From assembly GCA_965222115.1 (NCBI GenBank), contig CBDCTJ010000007.1, forward strand, positions 1,248,001-1,312,000: 64,000 nucleotides of DNA. The letters run 5' to 3'. Each line of letters begins with the position of its first letter. The stretch's first letter is position 1. The DNA is from Planctomycetota bacterium (GTDB taxonomy: Bacteria; Planctomycetota; PLA2; JAEUHO01). Both the position numbers and the translations under genes were made by a program. A model generated the notes under the pieces. It saw only the letters and a program-made list of their open reading frames with translations. It did no database searches and was not told the DNA's origin. This document shows positions 55,951 through 64,000 of this stretch, in pieces.

Positions 55951-58155
55951 ATGCTTCGTTGCGGCTGTTGCCTTTGGATCTTGCTGCTCACCCTGCTGGC
56001 GTGTCCGCCTTTCGTCGGTGCCGACGAATCGAGTGAGTCATTGCGGGCGCGCGTGGCCGAAGGTCTTCGCGTGCGGCTCATCGCGACAGCCCGCAAGGAG
56101 CAATCGCGCCGGGACGCCGCCACCTTGGAGCAACGCCGCGCTCACGCCAGCGACCGTGCCAACGTGTGGCGCCGTGCCGATGCCAAATTGCACGCCCGCT
56201 TGACGGCCCTCCTTGGAACCGACAAGGCTTCTGGATTCTTGCAGGCCGCGGATCGCCTAAACGACACACTGCGCAGCGAGCGCAGCGTGCGTCATCTGCA
56301 GCTCAGGCCCACGGATCGCTCCAAGCCGCCCATTGCGATCTTCGAGTTGGATCAGTCCAAGCCCGGGGCATTGATGCGCGCATTGAACAAGGCGCCTCTT
56401 GAAGCTCGTATCGAATTGGACCTGAAACGCGATGCGGCACAAGAGTCCTATCGCGTGTTGCGCGGTGCGTGGAACGCTGGACTGACACACGCGATGATTG
56501 AAGCGTCAGAAAGTACGTGGCCCTTCGGCCCGGCCGCATTGGATGCTCGCTCACTTCAATCGAGGCTACGACTTGCGGCGTATGGCGGGGACAAGCCCGA
56601 GACTACGCTGATCTCTCCCAATGCAGTGGATCTTCGACAGGCGCGTATGAAGGACTTGGCCCGCGAACGCGAGGCACTTCAAGAACGACGCGATGCCATT
56701 GTCGCGTGTCTCGATCGACTGGCTGCCACCGAACAGCGAATCCGTCGCGAAGCGGGCGCGCGAGCGTTTCAACTTGATGAAGCCAAGCAGGCGGCACCCG
56801 AAGGCAGCGAACCTCCCAAGCTGGAACCGCTTGAGGCGCTGCGCGACGTTGTAGGCCATGAAGAAATGCGACTGCTCTATGCAACCGCACGGCGCGCCGC
56901 CGATGTGTTGGCTTGGACGAACCGAGAACTTGAGATGGCCAACCGAGAGGTTCGCGAAGCCGAAGCCGCGCACCGCCGCTACCTTCACGCCCTGGATCGT
57001 GCGCGACGCGAGCGCCAGATTGACTCGCTTCAATTCGACCGTGACCGGCTGCTGCTGGCGCGCGCCCAAATCACCGACGACGAACAACCCGACCCGGTCG
57101 CCCAGTCATTCGCCCAGTCATTTAGGAATGCGCTCGACCATCTCATCGATGTCAACGAGGGCCTGCAGCGGGCGGTTGCCATCCGGCGAGCCGTTGAATC
57201 GGCGGCGCAACCAAAGGAGGCGGAACCGGCGCAGCCGTCTACGGAGGCGCCAACCGGTGATGCAGGGGCCACGCCGTGGGACGAGGAACCCAAGCCCGAC
57301 GGACTGACCGCGACGTACGTGGCGGACGTCACCTCGCATATTGACGTGATGCCCGCCCAAGTACTCGAGGCACACTACGCCGCGGCCGAAGAGCGACTCC
57401 GGGCACTCGACAGCGCGATCGGTGAACTGCCCGCGCTCGATGCGTTGGAAACGCAAGTGACGCGATCGGCTTCCGGCGCGCGGGGCGCCTTGATTCAGAC
57501 CGAGTCGGCAGCGCGTCGTGCGAATACGGCAGGTGTATGGCGATGGCGAGTTCGAGAGGCGCGCCAACGAAGTCTAGATGACGTCGTGAGTGTGTTTCGA
57601 GACACGGTGAAGCACACGCGCGAATCACTGAAGGCCGTTCGCGTCGAGCGTGATGCGATTGCGTCGTTTCAAGAACGTATCGACGCATCGAGCGCGTCTG
57701 GATTGGGGCGACGCCAAGCATTAAGTACCGCAAGCCTGGAGCGAGCCGTAGGTGACGCTGAATCCACGATCTTGCGAAGTGTGTCGTGGCTCACAGGCGG
57801 TGGCGACGACGACGCGCGTGGCTATCTTTCGCGCAAGTGGATTTGGTTGCTGGCGTGTTTGGGAGCGGTGCTGCTCTCTGTTCTGTTCGTTCGCCGGGGA
57901 CGGCGGGCATTGGACCGCATCTTGGATCGTTGGGTCTCCGCTCACCCTGCCATTCCGCTGGGTGGCATGACGGTGCGCGAAGAAGTCGTACTCGCCCGGA
58001 GGCAACAGGAAGACGACGATGCCGCGCTGCGCGAAGTGGAGGAACGAACGCTCAAAGATGCATCCGCCGAAGCTGTTCAGGCCGACGATACGTCAAAGCC
58101 CGTCGATGTGGAAGCCGCCGATGATGACGTGCTGGGTGACGAGGGCGACGCATGA
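55951..58155 (+). CDS. Exported long coiled-coil protein with a C-terminal TM helix (like the MscK N-terminal region)
   Basis: Signal peptide, extensive A/R/E heptads, TM WIWLLACLGAVLLSVLFV, ATGA-coupled to the MscS gene. Confidence 0.7.
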   Translation: MLRCGCCLWILLLTLLACPPFVGADESSESLRARVAEGLRVRLIATARKEQSRRDAATLEQRRAHASDRANVWRRADAKLHARLTALLGTDKASGFLQAADRLNDTLRSERSVRHLQLRPTDRSKPPIAIFELDQSKPGALMRALNKAPLEARIELDLKRDAAQESYRVLRGAWNAGLTHAMIEASESTWPFGPAALDARSLQSRLRLAAYGGDKPETTLISPNAVDLRQARMKDLAREREALQERRDAIVACLDRLAATEQRIRREAGARAFQLDEAKQAAPEGSEPPKLEPLEALRDVVGHEEMRLLYATARRAADVLAWTNRELEMANREVREAEAAHRRYLHALDRARRERQIDSLQFDRDRLLLARAQITDDEQPDPVAQSFAQSFRNALDHLIDVNEGLQRAVAIRRAVESAAQPKEAEPAQPSTEAPTGDAGATPWDEEPKPDGLTATYVADVTSHIDVMPAQVLEAHYAAAEERLRALDSAIGELPALDALETQVTRSASGARGALIQTESAARRANTAGVWRWRVREARQRSLDDVVSVFRDTVKHTRESLKAVRVERDAIASFQERIDASSASGLGRRQALSTASLERAVGDAESTILRSVSWLTGGGDDDARGYLSRKWIWLLACLGAVLLSVLFVRRGRRALDRILDRWVSAHPAIPLGGMTVREEVVLARRQQEDDDAALREVEERTLKDASAEAVQADDTSKPVDVEAADDDVLGDEGDA

Positions 58156-59837
58156 CCACTGCAACGTTTCGACCTCTTGGCGTATTTCACATTCGTGCGC
58201 TGCGTGTGTTGTGGCGCATGCTCGTTCCGATTGCCGTGGCCGCCAATGTCGTGCTCTGGCCCAAACTTCTCGGCGCGAGCGAAGCGATTCAGCACCAGGC
58301 ATTCGTGGCCGCTATCTACATCCTCGTGGCGACGGGCATCGTTGCGCTCGCGACAGAGATCCTCTCGCCGCAGCGCCCTGAACTTCGGTTGGTCCCGCTT
58401 ACCGATCGTCGCGCCGATCGTATGGCCACGGTCGTTCGGTGGGTGTGCCTCGTGCTTTTGTGTACAGAGCTTGCGCGATACTTCGTACGGGCCAATGCGT
58501 GGAGTGAGGCCGCCGATCGTTTGCTGGAGCTGCTCCGCAATATGGGGCTCTTGGTGTTCTTGCTGGTCCTGATTCGTCACACCAAACTGTTGAAGTGGTT
58601 GGACGGCGCACCGCGTGAGACCTATACGGGATCGCTCAAACGACATACGGCCCGTGTCGGCTTTCCATTGCTTGTGGTCGGTTCCGTGTTTGCGCTCGTT
58701 GCGTATGCGCTTGGGTACGCACCTCACGCTCGATGGGTCGGCATTCGCCTGTTGTGGACCTTCGTATTGATTGCACTGGCCGGCGTGGTCTACCGGTTCT
58801 TGCAGCGACGCGTTCATAACACCGTGACGTTCTTCCGCGACACGGGCGATGATGGCGGTGTCGCGTCCATGTCGGCTGGCGAGCCATCACCCGCGAGCGT
58901 CGGCGCCGAGCGACTCGGTTCAGGATTCACGCGTATTGTGGTGATTGTTGCAACCGCCGTGGCACTTTTGGCGCTGTGGGGACTTGGCCGCGACCGGTTG
59001 CAGGAACTTCTGGCGCGCCCCTTGTGGGGAAGTGACACGCGAACGGTGGGGGACTTGCTCTGGGGACTGCTGTGGGTGGCGCTTGTGTTCATCGCAAGCG
59101 CGGTGATTCGCACGCTCCTGATCTTCTTTGTGTTTCCGCGTTCGCGCGTTGACGTGGGTGTGCGCTATGCCATCGTCACGATACTTCGTTACGCCACCTG
59201 GGTCCTGGCCGCCATGATGCTCGCGCGGGCACTCGGCATTGATGCCTCGGCCATGACGGTATTCGCCGGTGCGTTTGGTGTGGGGCTTGCGTTCGGACTG
59301 CAAGACATCTTCGCCAATTTTTTTAGCGGTCTCATCATGTTGATTGAACGACCGGTTCGCGTGGGGGACGTCGTTCATGTGGGTGGTATCTCAGGAACGG
59401 TGGAGGCGATTCGATTGCGGGGCACGCTCTTGCGCGCTGCGGATCGAAGTACGGTGCTGATTCCCAATCGTCAGATGATTGGCGAGCGACTCACCAACAA
59501 GTCCTTTGGTGTGGAGCGCACGCGCCTTCAGATCGAGGTGCCGGTCTCTGCGTCGGCGCGGGCCGAGGTCGTTCAACGCGTGTTGGAACGCACGCTGCGC
59601 AACGACGAGCGCCTGCTGCACGAGGCGCCGTTTGCACCCCATGTGCGACTTACGGGACTGGCTGATTCGACGTTGCACTTTGTTTGTAGAGCCTTCACCG
59701 AACGATTGGGCGAGAAGGCCGTGATTGCGTCCGAACTGCACGCCGCCATTCATCGCGCTCTGGACGAAGCAGGTATTCCCGAAATGGCAACAGTCCATGA
59801 AGTTACCGTTCGTGGGGGCGAGTCGCCCTCCGCGTAG
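58152..59837 (+). CDS. Mechanosensitive channel, MscS/MscK family
   Basis: GVGLAFGLQDIFANFFSG, ERPVRVGD and IPNRQM, with many N-terminal TM helices. Confidence 0.93.
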   Translation: MTTATFRPLGVFHIRALRVLWRMLVPIAVAANVVLWPKLLGASEAIQHQAFVAAIYILVATGIVALATEILSPQRPELRLVPLTDRRADRMATVVRWVCLVLLCTELARYFVRANAWSEAADRLLELLRNMGLLVFLLVLIRHTKLLKWLDGAPRETYTGSLKRHTARVGFPLLVVGSVFALVAYALGYAPHARWVGIRLLWTFVLIALAGVVYRFLQRRVHNTVTFFRDTGDDGGVASMSAGEPSPASVGAERLGSGFTRIVVIVATAVALLALWGLGRDRLQELLARPLWGSDTRTVGDLLWGLLWVALVFIASAVIRTLLIFFVFPRSRVDVGVRYAIVTILRYATWVLAAMMLARALGIDASAMTVFAGAFGVGLAFGLQDIFANFFSGLIMLIERPVRVGDVVHVGGISGTVEAIRLRGTLLRAADRSTVLIPNRQMIGERLTNKSFGVERTRLQIEVPVSASARAEVVQRVLERTLRNDERLLHEAPFAPHVRLTGLADSTLHFVCRAFTERLGEKAVIASELHAAIHRALDEAGIPEMATVHEVTVRGGESPSA

Positions 59838-59963
59838 CGGTGCGCAGTTCATCTGGTAGAACCCCGGTGGCAATTGCGCGTGCGTGGCATAGATCCACGT
59901 GGAGCGCTTTGGTAGAGTCATCGGCGAGCGCGAGGAACGAGCGGATTAGTTTTTGGAGCGACC

Positions 59964-60638
59964 GTGCGGATCTTAGTGATTGAAGATGATGAGCGCCTGA
60001 CGGGTGTTCTCGAACGCGCCTTGGACCAAGAGGGCTACGAGGTGGTATCCACATCCGAAGGTGAAGCCGGTGAGAAGCTCCTGCGCGCGGGCAATTTGGA
60101 TGCATTGATCTTGGATCTCGGGTTGCCGGATCGTGACGGTCTCGCGGTGTTGTCCTCGTTGCGTGAGCGCGGGTCGTCGCTCCCGGTACTTGTGCTCACG
60201 GGGCGCGACACCGTGGACGAACGTGTGAAGGGTCTGGACGCAGGCGCCGACGACTACCTCGTGAAGCCGTTCGCGCTCAATGAGTTGCTCGCGCGTGTGC
60301 GTTCGTTATTGCGACGAGGCATGGGGGCCGAGCCCATATTGCGATACGCTGACATTGAACTCGATCCCTCGCGCGGCACGGCGCTGCGCGGCGGCAAGCG
60401 CTTGGATCTGCGACCGCGCGAGTTTGGCCTGCTGCATTTTTTCATGAAGCATCCCGAACAAACGCTCACGCGGGATCGAATCTATGAGGGTGTGTGGGAG
60501 ACGCGCCACGACGGCCTCACCAATGTGTTGGAGGTCTACATTCGCTACCTCCGAACACATCTTGAGGTATCGGGTCCGCGGCTAATCCATACCGTGCGCG
60601 GCAAGGGCTACATCCTTCGGCATGGCGAGTCGGCGTGA
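59964..60638 (+). CDS. OmpR-family response regulator
   Basis: IEDD, LDLGLP, GADDYLVKPF and TVRGKGY motifs. Confidence 0.96.
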   Translation: MRILVIEDDERLTGVLERALDQEGYEVVSTSEGEAGEKLLRAGNLDALILDLGLPDRDGLAVLSSLRERGSSLPVLVLTGRDTVDERVKGLDAGADDYLVKPFALNELLARVRSLLRRGMGAEPILRYADIELDPSRGTALRGGKRLDLRPREFGLLHFFMKHPEQTLTRDRIYEGVWETRHDGLTNVLEVYIRYLRTHLEVSGPRLIHTVRGKGYILRHGESA

Positions 60639-61708
60639 GCCTACGCGGTAGTACGACACTCGTCATTGTTGCCGCGCTCGCATCGATTGGTGTCGCCTGT
60701 CTGTTGATCGTGCGTCTAGTCGTGGCACCCGGGATTTGGGCCGGGCTATGGCCTGTTCCCGCGATTCCGGTGTTGGTGGGATCGGTGTTGGTTGCCGGTC
60801 TGCTCGTACCGGTGTTCTTGCGCAAACGGTTCGAACCCTGGCGAGCGGCTGCGGAAGAAGCGGCCCAGGTGGAGCGCCCCAATCAGCGCCTGCACGTACC
60901 CGATGGGCCGGAGGAGCTGCGACAACTCGTTGAATCGCTCAATGGCATGTTGACGAGGCTAGAGAGTGCGTCCCAACGCGAACGCGCGTTCCTTGGTACC
61001 GCGTCCCACGAACTGCGGCGCCCCTTGGCGGCGTTGCGCATGGAACTTGAACTAGCGCTCAACCGCAATCGACCCGCTACGGAACTTCAAGATGCCATTC
61101 GATTATGTCTCTCCGATACGGAGAGCATGACGCGACTCGTAGACGATCTTTTGTTTCACGCTCGCGCGCGGGCGGGCGCATTGCGTCTTCGCGAAGAAGA
61201 AGTTGACGTGATCGATCTCGTGTTTTCGGCGGTTGATCGAAGTCAGCGCGCCATGTCCGGCCAGCCGTCGATTCAAGTGCATGTAGAGACGATCCCACCG
61301 CTTCATATTCGTGCCGATCGCTCGGGTCTTAGCCAAGTACTCGAGAACCTAATTGTGAATGCGCGCACCCATGCTGGCAAAGACGCCACAATCGAGATTG
61401 GCGGCGAGACGGATGAACAGTTCATCAGCCTGTGGGTTCAAGACGACGGGCCTGGGATTCCCGAAGACGAACAAGAGACCATTTTCCGTGCGTTTGGCCG
61501 GGGTGACCGCACGCGAAGCGTATCCGGCGCGGGTTTGGGACTGGCGATTGCCCGTGATCTTGTGTTGGCGCACGCGGGCGTAATTGGTGTGACATCGCCG
61601 ATTCAATCCGGCGCTGCCGTGCGCCCCGGGACGCGTTTCACTGTGCGCCTGCCGATTGAACGTCGTATTCAAGAGCGCATACCGGACGACGCACGAGCCG
61701 CTTCGTAG
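60635..61708 (+). CDS. Sensor histidine kinase (two TM, HAMP)
   Basis: ASHELRRP, NLIVNA, DDGPG and GAGLGL. GTGA overlap with the regulator. Confidence 0.93.
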   Translation: MSLRGSTTLVIVAALASIGVACLLIVRLVVAPGIWAGLWPVPAIPVLVGSVLVAGLLVPVFLRKRFEPWRAAAEEAAQVERPNQRLHVPDGPEELRQLVESLNGMLTRLESASQRERAFLGTASHELRRPLAALRMELELALNRNRPATELQDAIRLCLSDTESMTRLVDDLLFHARARAGALRLREEEVDVIDLVFSAVDRSQRAMSGQPSIQVHVETIPPLHIRADRSGLSQVLENLIVNARTHAGKDATIEIGGETDEQFISLWVQDDGPGIPEDEQETIFRAFGRGDRTRSVSGAGLGLAIARDLVLAHAGVIGVTSPIQSGAAVRPGTRFTVRLPIERRIQERIPDDARAAS

Positions 61709-61783
61709 TCTGGTGTGTGGATGGTCGAGGATTCCCGCGTATCCCTCTTCTTCGTTTAGAATATAGAAACGGAGCCTTACTCA

Positions 61784-62089
61784 ATGAATACGCCACACAA
61801 GATGACGACGCTCGTTCGCGTGGGAAAGAACCACGAGGCGTCGCTATTGGCCGGACAACTGCGCGCCCATGGCATTCGTGCGGAAGCCGAGGAGTTGCTT
61901 GCGCTCGATGAGTTCACAACGGCACAGCTCAGTATGGGTAATGGCGGCATTCGCGTATGGGTGGCGACAGATCAATTGGACGAGGCGAAGAAGGTGCTTG
62001 CGGATTTGCAAGCGGCACGCGGTTCCATTAGCGATGAAGAGCTAGCGCGCCAAGCGATGGAAGCGGCGGACGACGAGTCAGACAACTAA
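61784..62089 (+). CDS. DUF2007-like putative signal transducing protein
   Basis: EASLLAGQLRAHGI...IRVWV...DEAKKVL pattern. Confidence 0.75.
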   Translation: MNTPHKMTTLVRVGKNHEASLLAGQLRAHGIRAEAEELLALDEFTTAQLSMGNGGIRVWVATDQLDEAKKVLADLQAARGSISDEELARQAMEAADDESDN

Positions 62090-62099
62090 GCGTGGACAG

Positions 62100-62528
62100 C
62101 TAAGAAAGCAATGCGGGCGTTTCGTCGCGCGGGCGGTAGGGCTCCGACGCGAGAATCTTAAATAGCAGTCGGCGTACGACCTTGCGGCCCGGCGCGAAGG
62201 TGCTTAACCAGTCGGCGAGTTTCTTGAGTCCGTCACCGTCTTCCTGTGCGCCAAGAAATTCGACGGTAAGCCGAACGCCGTCACGCGCTCGCGGGTCCAT
62301 AATAGGATCGAGCACCAACATGGTTGCGTTAGGGTTCTTGCGTAGGTTGCGAAAGACGTCACCGCTGACGATATCTTCCTCACCGCCTGCAACGTTGCCG
62401 TCTTCGGTGAGATGTGGCGCTACCAGCAAGCACGACTCCGGCATACCGCTCGCACCCATCGTTGCCAGGATGGCAATCGAAGTACGGCGTTCCAGGAATT
62501 CCTTGGTGCGGTCTCCGGGGATGCTCAT
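62100..62528 (-). CDS. Pyridoxamine 5'-phosphate oxidase-like (split-barrel) protein
   Basis: ILATMGASGMP and RNLRKNPNA motifs. Confidence 0.7.
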   Translation of the reverse strand: MSIPGDRTKEFLERRTSIAILATMGASGMPESCLLVAPHLTEDGNVAGGEEDIVSGDVFRNLRKNPNATMLVLDPIMDPRARDGVRLTVEFLGAQEDGDGLKKLADWLSTFAPGRKVVRRLLFKILASEPYRPRDETPALLS

Positions 62529-62634
62529 GTGCCGCCAAGATACCCGACACGAACGCAAGCGCGGCACGGCGCGCGCCCGACCAAATTTCGATCCATGCGA
62601 CGGTCGATTCAGAATTTGACTCACGGCGCATCAC

Positions 62635-63120
62635 TCACACGACCGGGAAGTCCAGGCCCGGTGGCACCGCGCGACCGAGTTGTCTGGCCATCGCAGCTAC
62701 CTGTCCCATGTGGTGAAACATGTGCATCTGCGTGCGCATGAAGACCCACGATGGCTTGACCTCGACCGTCTTGTCGCGCCATGTGGTGACTGTGCGCGGT
62801 GTGTCCAGGTCGCGACTAGACATATTGAGTAACAACGTCTGTGTGTCTTTCGCTACCCGTGCCCGAAAGGCTTCGAGTGTGTCGAGGGATACTCGGTCAT
62901 TCTCATCCTCATCCACCAACATTTCACTGCGCAACACGCCCATCCAGTACCGCTCGGCACCAATCGCGTGCTGGAGCTGCTCCAAAATCGTGCTGTAGCC
63001 GAATCCTTCCTGTGTCTGGCGCAGCTCGTCGAGCGAAAAACTCGCCAGGTGTGCCATCAGTCGCCTAAGGCACCCGTGCGTGCGGTCGTGGATATCGAGC
63101 GCGGCGGTGTCGGTGAGCAT
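62635..63120 (-). CDS. DinB-family protein
   Basis: QLQHAIGAE.YW and HMFHHMGQV His motifs. Confidence 0.85.
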   Translation of the reverse strand: MLTDTAALDIHDRTHGCLRRLMAHLASFSLDELRQTQEGFGYSTILEQLQHAIGAERYWMGVLRSEMLVDEDENDRVSLDTLEAFRARVAKDTQTLLLNMSSRDLDTPRTVTTWRDKTVEVKPSWVFMRTQMHMFHHMGQVAAMARQLGRAVPPGLDFPVV

Positions 63121-63309
63121 GATGAGTTTCCGTGGGGATGCTGCTACTCTTGCTCCCAAGAGTATGCGTACCAAGTTTCTGACCGCCTGTTCTTGTTTCG
63201 GCGAGAATCGTTTATCCAATCGACATGTGCCTTGAAGATCGTCAGTCCATTGGTGAATTCGACCCTTCCCTTACAAGGCGCGCATTTGCCCGTGAATTAC
63301 ACTGTGTAC

Positions 63310-64000
63310 ATGTTACGAGTAATGTCCCTCGCAGTCATTCTTGTCTTGGCCGGATGCGGAGGCTCATCTTCCAGTCAATCGACACCCACGCCAACTCCTC
63401 CGCCAGTTGTTGCGTATCCCTCGGTTAATCCACCAACGCGAAACCTCGATCTCTATGCGCAAGAGTCGTTTAACTACGGGGATACTTCGTACCCGGGCGG
63501 ATTGAACGGAATGGAGGGCGCAATCGGCTTTGCGCATCCCTGGAATGATGCCGATGGCGATGTCATGGACCGCGTCATTGGTGGAAGCGAGCTTCCCGTG
63601 GCAAGTGACATGGCACCTCCGTCGGAGGGGGGACGGTCGATCCACTTCGGCACCACGAGTACTGCCATTTATAGGGAGTTCGATCGGACCTACGGTGCTG
63701 ACGGATCTAGTGTTTGGGTGAGCTATCGCTGGATATCAACCGACACAACTTCCAACGAGTCACTCCAGTTGGTCGATTTCAACGATAGCTCCGGCGGATT
63801 CGGATGTGTGATCGGTCAGATTCGAGGTTTGGCCGGAGCCGACCTCGCGGATGGCATGTATGACCTCGGAGACCACAGTAGTGGTGTGCATACCCCCATC
63901 GCGCCTCGCGACCAGGCGATTCACTTTGTTCTTCTACGGTTCACGTTTGGTCCTGGGGACGCGGACCTCGTGGATCTTTGGTGGGATCCTATGGAGGCCA
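63310..64000 (+). CDS. Lipoprotein with a beta-rich extracellular domain (3' end outside window; absent from the ORF track)
   Basis: My translation MLRVMSLAVILVLAGCGGSSSS... has no stop before the window end. Lipobox LAGC, ESFNY and VDLWWDP. Confidence 0.8.
   Translation, partial: MLRVMSLAVILVLAGCGGSSSSQSTPTPTPPPVVAYPSVNPPTRNLDLYAQESFNYGDTSYPGGLNGMEGAIGFAHPWNDADGDVMDRVIGGSELPVASDMAPPSEGGRSIHFGTTSTAIYREFDRTYGADGSSVWVSYRWISTDTTSNESLQLVDFNDSSGGFGCVIGQIRGLAGADLADGMYDLGDHSSGVHTPIAPRDQAIHFVLLRFTFGPGDADLVDLWWDPMEA

Overview
Gene-dense, GC-rich bacterial chromosome window, probably from Planctomycetota or a related PVC lineage (inferred from the pilin style, a DUF6677-like protein and the Ser/Thr kinase-FGE fusion; not proven). 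The left third is a type IV pilus / DNA-uptake neighbourhood: ssb, a PilZ protein, pilD, two OmpA-family lipoproteins, priA, a UDG-like gene, dprA, two tandem pilins and pilC-pilB-pilT. The middle holds an intact-looking ISL3 element in a small accessory patch, a Zn-ribbon/kinase/FGE fusion, an NtrY/NtrX-like pair, a CDF transporter, a transglutaminase-like protein and an ECF sigma/anti-sigma pair. The right third has a 10-gene Mrp/Mnh antiporter operon, an SDR, a K+-dependent Na+-pyrophosphatase, HtrA, a split MscK-like channel and an OmpR-type two-component system. Best leads: (1) a prepilin peptidase with an inserted PilZ-like domain, next to a canonical PilZ gene; (2) an ~80-nt UUCG-capped long hairpin with a U-tail upstream of the pilT operon, partly resembling SRP RNA; (3) recurrent 15-bp tandem duplications, several copying a gene's own stop codon; (4) an anti-sigma factor with an ARPP-1/DUF6569-like extracytoplasmic domain; (5) a repeated leaderless TANNNT-N6-ATG signature. 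All domain calls come from motif recognition by eye; no searches were run.
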